A stretch of 63,439 nt of DNA, counting the filler, from Reclinomonas americana ATCC 50394 (taxonomy: Eukaryota), in assembly GCA_048213135.1 (NCBI GenBank). It is 7 parts of 4 records of this genome, joined end to end, with 100 filler letters (N's around TTAATTAATTAA, not from the genome) between each part and the next. Parts side by side here need not be neighbours in the genome. Positions count along the whole stretch, not along the records: positions 25,119 to 43,301 come from PS015114.1; 6 more parts are not named here. One strand, written 5' to 3'. How positions within the stretch are numbered: position 1 is the first letter of the stretch; each line of letters begins with the position of its first letter. Under the pieces are notes generated by a model, which saw nothing but the letters and a program-made list of their open reading frames with translations, was not told where the DNA came from and did not search any database. Below are positions 25,119-37,781 of the stretch, in pieces. Made by a program: the position numbers and the translations under genes.

Positions 25119-28100
25119 CATCACCTCCGGGTGCGCCATCACCACCATCCATGGCACTGTGCCCGCGCTTCAGAGAGCGGTTCTTGCGCATTTCTGGTGG
25201 CAGAAACACGTTGTTAACTATCGACACAAGATCGATGCACAAAAGTGCGTGAAATGAAACCCCCCCACCTCGGCGATCGGCGCGACGAACAATGCGATGT
25301 GCGCGATTGGCCAGCAGATCTCCCACAGTAGCCTCCAGCGAGATGGCCGCACTGAACTCGGGCGCGGACGACTCGAAACCGACTATTATTGTTACAACAA
25401 CAACAACAAGAGGGCGCAGGTGAGAAGAAAGCAAAGGCAGACTGAGGGGCGCTGATTCTCCTTGGTCTCACCTCTCGCGTCGGAAAATATGCGCATGACA
25501 TCGGCACGGAAGTCCTCGAATGTCGCATACCGATGTGCCATGGCCTGGTGCATGATGGTGTGAAGATCGGTGGGCTGCGGTACACGCAGGTAGTAGTTGG
25601 CGTGGCGGTTCTTGTCCGGGACCGACATGAAGAACGCCGACTGGTCGAGGAGCTTGATTTCGTTCAACGTATCCACCAGGAACTGCTGCAAATCGTCCGG
25701 CGGCATCACTTCCTCGGGGGCCGGAATGTCAGTGTCCATGCGATGTGCAACTGCGTGACAATGGATATTTGAGAATAGAATGGAGGCAAAAGACAAGCGG
25801 AAAGGACGAAAGACTCCTGTCGCTGTGACACTCACCATCAAGCGGCAGCGGCGGCAGTGGCAGTGACAGCGACATCGGCATCGGTATCATGAATGGCAGC
25901 GGCGGCGGCTCAACAGTCACATCGTCCGCTTTCTCGGTCTTCTTGCTGGCCTTGGGAGTCTGACGGCGCTGAGAGGGAGCGCGCAGGCCAGAGCGACGCG
26001 ACTGACTCTTACGCCCGGAGGATTCCCGTTCGTCGTCCTCGGTCTCGTCGCTGTCGTTGTCACGAGAGGACTTGCGACTACGCCTGCGCTTGCCACCAAA
26101 TCTCTCCACCTCGTCATTGTCGGATGAATCTCCCTCGTCGTCGTCATCATCATCATCGTCGTCGGCGCCGTCGCCGTCGCCACCACCAGACTTGCGACCG
26201 TTCTTGCGCCTGTGATGATGGAGACATCACCAACACGCGTGAGTATCGAAGACAAGAAAGTAGGGAAAGACACGATATGCCAACGAAACATGTACGGCTT
26301 GCGCTGCGAGCCCGGCGGCACCGCATACTCCATGCGGTACGCGAAACCAGCCTCGTTTGCGTGCTCGTGCACAGTTCCGTCCATCAGCGCTCGACAGAAA
26401 GCCTGCATGTGCACGGCCGCCACATAGCGCTCATGTGTTGGCGCGAAGAAAGCTGCCGATACACCAACGAAAATCAACATGAGACGAGACCGATCCCACA
26501 GTGCAGCGGGGGGAACACGTGACGCAACAGAGGGCGTTCTGGAAGATGAGATTGACATCGTCGCGGAACGCCGCGAACGTGTCGTATGCCTGCTTGTTGA
26601 TTCGGCGCTGCACGGTGCTGAGATCCATCGGCTGCTGCACTTTGTCGTAGTAGCCTTCAATGGCATTCTTCTTGATGGCGCGCGTAAAGTACTTGTTCAC
26701 GTCAGCGGCGCGCATCTGGTCCAACAGGCGCGTCATAATCAACTGGAACTCGGTCAAGTTGACATCCAGTGGACCAGGTGATCTGTGCATGCGCACAGAC
26801 AGTCAGTGAAACGAACTCACAAGTCATAGAACTGGGAAAAAAATGACTTGGCACTCACTCAATCGCAAACGTCTTCTTCTTGCGTCCACGCGGAGTCGAC
26901 TTGGAGGCCGGTGGCGATTCGAGTGACGCGGACTCGAGTGACTCTGCCAGTGGCCCGACCGGCTGTTGCCGCAAACTCTGCGGCCCGGCCGCCGCCAATT
27001 GATGACGAGCCGTGGCGAGGGCGGAGGTGGCGACGGCGCGCAGGCGCACCGCCGTGTCATACTTGGGGTCGCCGGCAGAGAAGAAGCTTTGCGCATTGTC
27101 AAAGACACGCATCACATCGGCCTGGAACTCCTCGAACGACTTGTAGCGGTTCTTCTTGACGCGGCGAGTGACGGTGCCGAGGTCCATCGGCACGCGAATG
27201 CGCCGGTAGTATTCGGCGTAGGTGCGCTTCGGCAGCGGTGCAGTAAAGTGCTTCTCCGGGTCTTGGCTGCGCGTGGGGGAAAAGGGGGAAGGAGAGAGTG
27301 AGGGGAGGGGCAAGGAGAAGGGAGAGACAAGATAGACAGAAGAGAAAGAAGACGAAGAAGACAGAGACGAACGAGAGGAACAAAAGAACAATGGTGAAAA
27401 GATGATGATAACGAAGAGCGAGGAGGAAGAAGGAGAACGGCAAGAGGAACAACACAAGATATGATAAAGATAATGATGATTATGATGAAGGAGAGGGAGA
27501 GAAAAGACGAAGATGGACAAGAGGAATAAAGAAGAAAGGTGAAAAGATGATTACGAAGAGAGCGAAGGGGAAGAACGAGAGAGAAGGAGGAAGAACGAGA
27601 AGGAGACAAGGAGAAAGGAGAATGGCAAGAGGAGCAATACAAGAAATGAGAGAGATGACAAAGAAGGAGAGGGAGAGAAAGAGAGGAAGTGGAAAAACAT
27701 GCAGAAGGACAAGAAGAACTTGTGAAAGAAAATGAGAATGAAGAGGAAAGAGGGTGCAGAAGGATAGGAGGGAATAGGTCAAGAGGAACAACACAAATAG
27801 GAGACAGGTGATGCTGATGAAAATGGAGAAAACGGACGAACCGCTTCATGACGGCGAGCGCGCGGCTGAAGATGTTCTGCGTGACACTCACTGCAGCGGG
27901 GAGTGTAATGAGCGAAGGCACATGGTTGCAAGGTGGGAAACTGTGTGCACGTAACTCTCGTCAGCCTCATCGTCCAGGAACAGCATAGCCTTGTCATCTT
28001 GCAAATCATCGGCATCGTCATCGCGGATGCGCGCTGCGTGTGACAGGAAGAGCATGAGCACAAGGAAACAACAAGAAAGCAGATAAGATTCAGCTGGCAC

Positions 28101-31100
28101 GCACAAGTCAGAGCGCTGCACGAAACACATCAGCATCGAGTGAGACCAGCAGCTACCGAAAACACAAACAGAGAGGGAACATGACGCAACTGGAGACCGA
28201 CCAAGGACAGATCAACTCCCATCTCCTCACCGCCCTCGCTCTCCCGGCGCTTCTGCTGCAACTGCAACAACGGCAGCATGGTCAACATGGCCAGCGCGGC
28301 AGGTGGTGGAGGGGGAGGCGGCGGCGGTGGAGGCGGTGGAGGCGGTAGCAGGCCCATCGTAGAATCAGCCGCGGCGGCCGCGGATGTGGCAGCAGCGGCA
28401 GCGGCGGCGTCGTCACCTTCAGCAGCCGGAGTGTCGTCCAAGGACGGCGGTGGTGGAGGCACTGGAAAAATGCAAGAATGATTGAAATCAGTCGAGAGTC
28501 GACGACAGCACAGACACGAACACGCGACGACGACGCACGTGGAGGGACGTCGACATACGGAGGACCGGTGGGTGGGATGGCCACTGTGGTGGAACAATAT
28601 GTCAGGACCGACACTCTTGTGAGACAGCAGGTTGATCTGACGCACTGCCGGCGAGATCCGGCGGTGGTGGCATGGGGAGTGGGACGGTAATCGGTACACC
28701 CTCGACTGCGCAAGTGGTGGACGGAAAAGAGTGAGTGCAAGGGGAGCGAGGCGATACAAGAGAAAGGATGAGAAGACATTGAAAGGAGAATCAAGAGCTG
28801 CGCCACGTAATTCGGAGAAAGGTGACACGCTGCCGAAGAGGGAGAGGAAAAAATAAGCACACCCACAGGATTCAAACGCAACTGGTCTGAGTCGGCAACG
28901 GCGCGGCTGCTTGAATGCGATAAAAGGGTTAGGGATCGAGCACATCAGCATGCGCATGTCACGTTCAAACACACCAAGATCCGGGTTCACTGCACGACAA
29001 CAAGCAAGTGCGTAAGAAGATGAGCATTCTGCTGGGCACTTATATACACACGCGTGCGATTTGCACTCAACTGTTCATCGAGGCCAGGGTCGCGGCTACT
29101 TGTGTCACAAACAAGGCATCAAATGAGCAAAACATAGCGTCACATGCACACAGCACCACTGGTACACACCGTCAACATTTTGAAGCATGCATTGCACTGC
29201 GGCGTCTGCACATATTATTTTCCGTCAGCAACATGGTGGACGAGAGGAGTGGGAAATGGGTGGGGGACTCACTGAGAGCTTCTTGCTGTTGTTCCATAGA
29301 CAGCTCGCTGACTGCGCACGACACAACAACGACGCGGTGAGCGGTCTCTGTGCGGGGGAAAAGGCATAGAAACGACGCACATCCGATAGGAAGCGGCAGC
29401 GGAGCAGACTGCAAGACTCCAGAATCGGATCCAGAACCCTTGCTACAGACGGCAGACACAAAATTAACAGCTGGAGGCGAAACGATGACCACGTATGTGC
29501 AACGAACCGAGCAGACGACGGCGTGGTACTCGTGATGGCACTCGGATCGATGATCTTGTGTGCTTCGTCCCACTCTGTCTTGGCCTGCTGGAGAATGTTC
29601 ACGGCCATGGGACGGATCTTGGCGGCCGCAATGTACTGCGCTGAAGTCGGCGGGAAGTAGGCTGTACAAGAGTAGAAATGAGTCACCGCCGAGCGCGCAA
29701 CGTGCGAATCCACACGACTCACACATGGCATTGTCGAAGATAAGGAGAATGTCGGTCTGGAAGGCCTGGAACTTGGGATAGCGACCACGCTTGATGCGCG
29801 TGCAAATGGTGCGGAAGTCGCTGGGTGTGGCGATCTGCTGATAGTACTGCGGATACAGGCGCTTCTCGGCTGGGTGCGTAAAATAGCGATCCTTGTCGAA
29901 ACTGAGAGACGGGGGGCGATCAATTCCACAGTACACGACACGAGTGTGTGTGGGGGACGGAAGAGCGTACCGCTTGATGCGTTCCCAGCAGCGATTCAGA
30001 ATGTCCTCGGCCACGGACCTGGGCTTGGCGGGATCTTCCAGCCCTGTGTTGACAGATATGATGAGCACATTCGAGAGAGTGCAATAAGCCAATCGCAACA
30101 CGAGTTCAACGTACCACCCAGCGAGTCACGACTCTCGCGGCTTGACATTCTGGGAGTGGCGGGGGAGAAGGCTGTGACAAGAACACACACACACACAAAA
30201 TGTGTGAGGGAATAGCAACAATGCTTCATGACAAGGGCAGAAGAGAAAAGTACCTTGCATGCCCATCGAAGAAGCGAGGAGGATGGGTGTCGGCGAAGGA
30301 CCCGACAAGCTGACAGGGGGTGGAGAGAGTGAGGCGGCGGTGGCGAGGAGAGGACATTGTAACTATGCTGCAAGGTACACTCACTGTTGCAGGCTGCGCA
30401 TGTCCACGTCGCCAGGCTTGTCGCCGTCCACTGCGAGGGGGAACACAGTGAGAGGGGAAGGGGGAAAGGGGAGAGGGGGGGAGGGGGAAGGAGAAGGGGG
30501 AAGGAAAAGGGGGAAGGAGAGGGGAAGGAGAAGGGGAAGGAGAAGGAGAGAGGAGAAGGAGAGAGGAGAGAGGAGAGAGGAGAGAGGAGAGAGGAGAGAG
30601 GAGAGAGAGGAGAGAGGAGAGAGNNNNNNNNNNNNNNNNNNNNNNNNNNNNNNNNNNNNNNNNNNNNNNNNNNNNNNNNNNNNNNNNNNNNNNNNNNNNN
30701 NNNNNNNNNNNNNNNNNNNNNNNNNNNNNNNNNNNNNNNNNNNNNNNNNNNNNNNNNNNNNNNNNNNNNNNNNNNNNNNNNNNNNNNNNNNNNNNNNNNN
30801 NNNNNNNNNNNNNNNNNNNNNNNNNNNNNNNGATGCCGATGTGAGGTTGGCTGTGAGGATCGAGAGTGTTGAACCCCTGCGAGTGAAGATGAGAGAAGGA
30901 GAGAAGGGGGTAGAAGGAGAAAGGGGGAAGAAGAAAAGGGGGGAAGGAGAAGGGGGGAAGGAGAAAGGGGGAAGGAGAAAGGGGGAAGGAGAAGGGGGAA
31001 GGAGAAAGGGGGAGGAGAAGGGGGAAGGAACAGGGGGAAGGGAAAGGAGGAAGGAGAAGGGGGAAGGAAAAGGGGAAGGAGAAGGGGGAAGGAGAGGGAA

Positions 31101-32673
31101 AGGAAGAGGGGGAAGGAAAAGGGGGAAGGAGCAGGGGGAGGGAACAGGGGGAAGAGCGAAGGGGAAGAGCAAAGGAGAAGGAGAGGGGAAGGCAAAGGGA
31201 AGAGCAGAATTGACATTGTCCGTTTCCTGATAAGTGAGATGCTACGAGTGATTCTTGGAACTCTGCGCTATTGGAGCCCTCCGCACGTATTCGTCATACC
31301 CCATACCTGACATTGGCAACGGTGGCGGTGGCGGCGGCGCGTCCATGGATGGCACCAACAGCGCCAGTGCGATTGAATCCGGCGGCGAAGCAAGAACACT
31401 GTTCCCAGTCGACACGGTCAGGAAACGCAGCTGCGTTGCCCCGGCGAAACAAGAAAAAGTGACGCAACCTCTTGACCTTGTCCACACCACCCACGAACTC
31501 AGGCAGGTGTGCGTACTCTCGAGCCGCCTCCTCCAGGATCGGCATGCTGCCCTCGAAGAAAAGGCGAGCAGCACGGTAGCGAGCCTCGTTGGGACTGAAG
31601 AACGCTGCACATCACAAGTGGCATGTCAGCAGCACCAACAGGCACCGATTGCAAACAACTGTGACGCAACAGAGGGCATTGGAGCTAATCAAGACCACGT
31701 CGTCCACAAAGCTGGTGTAGTCGCTGTAGCGGCCCTTGTTGACACGGCGCAGCACAGTGCCAATGTCCACCGGTTTCGAAACGCGCTGCACGACAACCAG
31801 TTGAGCACAAAGACAACAGGTGGATGTGGCGAGTACAGGGAAACCGACCTTGTAGTACTCGGGATACTCGCGTGTCACCACGGCGTGCGTAAAGTACTTT
31901 TGACGATCGAGACTGCGGGCACGTCATGAGTCGTGTGAGGAATGCAACGAAAGGAGACATCAAAGGCAACTCACCGGCGCAGTTTGGTCACCGTCCGGCG
32001 CAAGGCGCGCTCGTAGTCGGTGCCCTCTGCCAAACATTAGCAGGGATCAGAGCGAGAGAGCAGCGGTAAATCTCAGCCACTCACCCGTGTCGGAATCGAC
32101 GCTCTCGATAATCTCTCGGACAGCTGCAGATGCGTTGCCTGTGAGCTACCACAAATCACTCCTTTTCATCACCACAATCACGCACCTGGAACAGGGAGCG
32201 AGGGCATCTCTGCATCTGCCACTGCTAACGACGAGATCCGCACGTGAGTTAGGATTAACAAAAAAATCAAACGCAGCAAGTCAAAATGTCGACGCAACCG
32301 GATGGTCCAGGCAGACTGTACCCAATCCGCACAAATGAGACGACAATACACGCAGGCACAAGCGCGATGCAAAGCAGGGACGCAACGGACTGGCGGCCGC
32401 CGACTCCACTTGCTGCATGTGCGCGTACCGCTGCGCGGCATTGTTGAGAATCGGAATCACTTGCCGCAGCAGGTGAGTGGCCGCCACGTAGTGAGGATCC
32501 GACTTGGGGAAGAACTCTGCATCGTCCCGCAATCAGCACACACATCACCACTGTGTATCTCTCTCTCTANNNNNNNNNNNNNNNNNNNNGCACACAGTGT
32601 CTCACTCAAAAGTGCGCGCCAACACACACGTACGTACATAAAAGTGACTTTTGTCACACTCACCGTGAAGCAT
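25119..32673 (-). CDS. Multi-bromodomain protein (five complete plus one partial bromodomain; truncated at 3' end)
   Basis: Bromodomain motifs YPEYYKRVSKPVDIGTV (~31800), YPQYYQQIATPSDFRTI (~29850), YAEYYRRIRVPMDLGTV (~27200), YYDKVQQPMDLSTV (~26640), ANYYLRVPQPTDLHTI (~25580), plus a C-helix remnant FFPKSDPHYVAATHL (~32500). Confidence 0.85.
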
Positions 32674-32844
32674 GGTTACTGCGTGTGTGCGTGAGCGTGT
32701 TGCCTCTGTGAGAATCTGTGCTGCGTCGCTGCGATTGTATGTGTGTGCGCGCACTGAGGGAAGAGATTGTGTCAATGATGACGTCATCGTGTTTCGCGGG
32801 CTTTTCGTTTTACTTCTGTTTCTGGGGGTTTCCCTCGAAGTTTG

Positions 32845-34987
32845 TCACTTGGCGCCCTTCTTGCCCTGTAAATGGGAGCGGGGGCGTGTGAGGAGAAGGG
32901 GTTGTGTTGTGTCAAAGGAGGCAAAAAGTCTGTCTCTCTGACGAATCGCTGCGTCAATTCTCAATGCTATCGGCGAGTTGGCACACGAGTTTTTTTGACT
33001 CTGGCAAAACGAAAAGAACAGAGTCTCACAGTTGTGCCTGAAATCGGAAAGGAAGCACCAAATGCTCTCTCTCTCTCTCCCTTGCAAAACGAAAAGAACT
33101 GACTCTCACAGTTGTGCCTCAAATCGGAAAGCACCGAGTACTCTCTCTCTCTCTCTTTTGCAGTGAAAGAGCTGAGCCTCACAATTGTGCCTGACATCGC
33201 GGAAGCAAAACGAGTTTGTCTCCCTCTCTCTCAAGCAAAGAGTTGAGCCTCAACTGCGTAAGCAAAGTCTGCGAGACATGTAGCACGTCCCTCCTAGCCT
33301 GCTTCACTCTCTCCCTTCTCCTCAAGAAACTGAGTCTCACTCATCGACGACTCGTTTCTCCACAGCGAGAGCAAGAACAGGTCACAACAACAGTCTACGC
33401 GACATGCGGCAGGTGTACACGAGTACGTCACTCCTTGTCTGCTTCACTCTCTCTCCCTCTCCGCAAGAACTGAGTCTCACTACTCTAGCAAGAATAAAAN
33501 NNNNNNNNNNNNNNNNNNNNNNNNNNNNNNNNNNNNNNNNNNNNNNNNNNNNNNNNNNNNNNNNNNNNNNNNNNNNNNNNNNNNNNNNNNNNNNNNNNNN
33601 NNNNNNNNNNNNNNNNNNNNNNNNNNNNNNNNNNNNNNNNNNNNNNNNNNNNNNNNNNNNNNNNNNNNNNNNNNNNNNNNNNNNNNNNNNNNNNNNNNNN
33701 NNNNNNNNNNNNNNNNNNNNNNNNNNNNNNNNNNNNNNNNNNNNNNNNNNNNNNNNNNNNNNNNNNNNNNNNNNNNNNNNNNNNNNNNNNNNNNNNNNNN
33801 NNNNNNNNNNNNNNNNNNNNNNNNNNNNNCCCTTCAATCGGTGCAACAGCTCGTCCTTCTCCGACACCTCGCGCTCGCGTCGCTGCCTCTCGGCCTCCAA
33901 CTCGGCACGGAACTTGGCCACGTCGTTCTTTGTCTGCAGTGTGGCAACGAATGAGCAACACGAGCGGCATCGAATGACACGACAAGCAGAGCACGCAACT
34001 CTTTCGTCTCTCCGCTGTGCTTCGCCCAGCGAGTCCAGACGCATGCGCTCATCCTCTGCCGAGGTCGCCAGCTTCACGGCAGACAAGTCGCGCAGAGTCT
34101 GCATCGTGTCAAGGAATCGGTGCATCGGAGTGTGTGTGTCCACCGACAAGTCGGGGCCGAGGATCTCCGGGCCGCCGTGGGCCTGTTGGTGGTGGGGAAG
34201 GAGGAGGAGGAGGAGGAAAGTGAGGGAATCAGAGGGTGAATGGGACGGAGGAAGAGGTGCTGCTTTCTTCGTTTCTCCCTTTTGCTCTGTCTCTGCAAAC
34301 TGTTTCCCTTGATTGTAGTCCTTCCCCTCTTCCATCACGCACTATGAACTGAATTCTTCTGTCTCTTTCTTATCCTCTCTCTCTCTCTCTCAGCAAACTA
34401 TTGCTCTTGTTCTCCTCTCCCTCATTTTCTTCTTCCTGTCGCTCTCTGTGAACTGTCTTTCCTGTATCTCTCTTCGTTCTTCCTCATCCTTCACTCACTG
34501 TGAACTGGATTGTTTCACTTTCTCTCTTCCTCTCTGACGGCGACGTGTTTTCCTCAAGTTCTTCTTCTACTACTCAAGGTGCATAGTCTTCCTTGTTTTC
34601 TTATTTCCTCTATCTCTGCAAGCTGTTCCCTTGTAGCCTTCTTTTTCTTCTTCTTCTCACTCTCTGATCTCTTTCCTCAATCACTGCAAGATGTTCCCTT
34701 GTTTGCGTTCACCGATCTCTTTGCTTCTTCTTATTCTCCCTCCTTGTTCTCTCTCTCTCTCTCTTTACCTTGATCAACCGACACACTTGCTTCGTGGACT
34801 CCTTCAACAAATCGGCCAACTCCAGCACCTCCGACTTGTCGGGTGTGCTCAACGACGCCTCCATTTGCTTCTCCAGATCCTCCTCCAGCAGGTAGTGCTC
34901 CTGGAGAACGACAGTGGGAGAGAGAGAGAGAGAGATGAGCGGACACCTACGGACGACTTNNNNNNNNNNNNNNNNNNNNTCTCTCTC

Positions 34988-35024
<37 letters not shown>

Positions 35025-35386
35025 CTTCTCTCTTCTCTCACGCAACATCCAAGGCCTCAATCAACGTCGGTGGCAAGTGCGAGTACGCCGACGGGTCGTA
35101 CGCCGCATAGCTTTGCGGTAGTCTGCACACACACACACACACACAGAGACACATAACAATGAGCACACACACACACTCTCTGCTCTCTCAGACACACACT
35201 CAAAAGCGGACCTGGAGAAGATGATCAGATCCTCCACTGCGTCGTCAATGACTGTGTGTGTGTGCAACAAACAGTGAGCACTTCTTCTCTCTTGTCTCGG
35301 TGTTTCCTCTTCTTCTCACACAGACCGCGCATGATCTTGCTGACATCAGTGCCGCCACCACCACCGCCTTCACTGCGACTTGCCAT
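32845..35386 (-). CDS. DRC10: Dynein regulatory complex subunit 10 / IQCD-like coiled-coil protein (middle exons in gap)
   Basis: MASRSEGGGGGGTDVSKIMRVIDDAVEDL / LKESTKQVCRLIK / LRDLSAVKLATSAEDE / RQRREREVSEKDELLHRLK; probable last exon GKKGAK* at 32865-32845. Confidence 0.7.
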
Positions 35387-35676
35387 GTTGTGTTGTTATG
35401 ATTGAGAGTGAAACGGTCGCGAGCGGGATTGGACGAATGGAAATTGTCCGCGTGATATTGGTTTTCATCGTGGCGACAACAATCCACGCTGTGGCTCGTG
35501 AACAGTGTGTGTGCTTGGGAGTGTAGGCGTGTGAGTGCGACTTGTGCAGCAGGAATTGGTGTTTTTCGAATTGGCAATCGCGAGATCGAGCGTTGCAATT
35601 GCAATTCATTCGCCAACAAACACGCAACAGCTGTCTTGATGACCAAGTCCAACCACAACCACCACATCAACACAAA

Positions 35677-35774
35677 CACCAGTCTTGAGGGCAGAAGCAG
35701 ATTTCTTGCGTGTGTGTGTTTTCGCTCTCAGAACTTCGAACAAGTCGAGAACTGCGATCGACATCTTCACCGCA
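35677..35774 (+). repeat. Dispersed ~95-bp non-coding element, copy 1
   Basis: Matches the reverse complement of 51197-51288, including an identical core CGAACAAGTCGAGAACTGCGATC and TTCACCGCA. Confidence 0.8.
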
Positions 35775-36102
35775 TAATTGTGTGAACGAGTGGTGCAGGC
35801 TGCAGTCACGGTTGAACTGCATAAGTAGGATGTACTCCTCGGTGATGAAGCAAGGCTTGCGGCAAATGCAGTTCGAAAGAACGCTGCGGATTGCTGTTCG
35901 CCAGCAGCGGCAACAGCGAGCAGATCACAAGCTCTGCAGTGTGCCCCACGAAAATCTTTGTGCGCAGTACACCCCGGAGTAAATTACCAAGACTGCAGCA
36001 AGAAGAAGCCAATTCAAATGCAACTCAGCTTCTATCGATTGTTCACTGCTTGCGCGCGTCCGGTTCGAATTCGAATCCGCAGAGCTGTGGTGTTTTGTTG
36101 GG

Positions 36103-37577
36103 ATTTGCACAACCTCGCCAGTCGACCAACTCCGAAACACCGCCGTCGGCGTCTTGGCTGGAGATGGGCTGTGTACGGCGAGATCACTGTCGCCTGGTCT
36201 CTCTAGGCCACGATATCGAAGTGGGTGGAACTCCTCTTCAACGACGATAATTGCAATTTTGTCCGTGTTTCCCGTGTCGAATGCCATCGCCGCCCTCCTC
36301 TCCCACCCTTTTCTCTCCCCTCCACCCCGTCCTCCACCCCACCCGCGCCTGCCCACCGCCAGCACGTCGCGACAGTGTGCATCGTCGACCGACCGTCAAT
36401 TTGAGCCTCCTGTCTGTCCGAGTTCGGTTTTGTGTTTTTTGCATCGCCCACCCGCCGGGCGATCGCCGCGGCTGCATAAAACGCCAACATCGCAGAGGTT
36501 GGTCCAATCATTCACACCTACCTTGTGAGCCAAGACAACCACCTCAACAACAACAACAAGCACAACAACCACAACAATCATGACGACTCAACAACGCGTC
36601 ACTGCCGCGCTCCTCGCGCTGGCGGTGCTTCTCCTCCTCGCCATCTCCTCGGCACAAGCCGGCGCTCTGCCACTGGCTGCCGCTCACCGTCCTCCCCCAC
36701 CACCACCCCCACCACCAGCAGACGGTGACTCCTCCACTCATCCTCATCCGCCGCCGCCGCCACCACCACCGCCTGCTGGTGGCGACGACNNNNNNNNNNN
36801 NNNNNNNNNNNNNNNNNNNNNNNNNNNNNNNNNNNNNNNNNNNNNNNNNNNNNNNNNNNNNNNNNNNNNNNNNNNNNNNNNNNNNNNNNNNNNNNNNNNN
36901 NNNNNNNNNNNNNNNNNNNNNNNNNACCGCAGGAGGGCGGCCAGCAGCAGGGTGGCCAGGGTCGCCCACCGCAAGAGGGCGGCCAGCAGCAAGGTGGCCA
37001 GGGTCGCCCGCCGCAGGAGGGCGGCCAGCAGCAGGGTGGCCAGGGTCGCCCGCCGCAAGAGGGCGGCCAGCAGCAGGGTGGCCAGGGTCGCCCACCGCAA
37101 GACGGTGGCCACGACCAGCAGGGTGGCCAGGGTCGCCCGCCGCAGGAGGGCGGACACGAGCAACAGGGCCAGAACCGTCCTCCGCAGCAAGGCGGTGGCA
37201 ACTCTCGCGATGAGCAGCAGCAGCAGCAGCCGCCTCGCGGTCCGCCCGGCTGGTCGATTGCGCTGATGGTGACGGGCGTGGTGGCACTGGTGGCTGCTGT
37301 GGTCGTGGCCGCGCTCATGTTTGTGCGCGTGCGACGCCTCCAGCGCCAGCTCAACACGGTGTCGCTGAACGGAAACCAGCTGCTGGTGGCCGCGCCGGCT
37401 CAAGCGGCCCCGACTGTCACTGTCATGCGCCAGTCGCACGCACTGGCCTACTCGCCGATGCCTGAGGACGCCGAGCAGCGCGTCTAAAGTGCGACAGAAA
37501 AGAACAACAACGAGCATGAAGATGATAAATGCCCAAGTGTGAATAGTGTTTTGCTTTACTTAGTCCACATACATGTC
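36103..37577 (+). repeat. Segmental duplication, copy 1 (copy 2 is 39416-41047)
   Basis: Upstream region, CDS and 3' flank are near-identical between the copies apart from small indels. Confidence 0.9.
36580..37487 (+). CDS. Type I membrane protein with poly-Pro and PPQEGGQQQGGQGR repeats, copy 1
   Basis: Signal MTTQQRVTAALLALAVLLLLAISSAQA; 42-nt tandem repeat 36926-37150; TM WSIALMVTGVVALVAAVVVAALMFVRVRR. Confidence 0.8.
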
Positions 37578-37781
37578 ATTCCTTCTGTACAGCAGCCACG
37601 ACAACACCAACAGCGGTCCTCAAGACACAAGTCACATCCACAACATCAACACAAACACTGCATTTCATCGCTATATGTACAAAGCTTGCACTGATCTCAG
37701 GCGCATCTGTGCGAGTCGCGGTGATGAGCAAATGGATCACAGCACATCGCACGGTGGAAGACTGAAGAACCATGGAGATCT

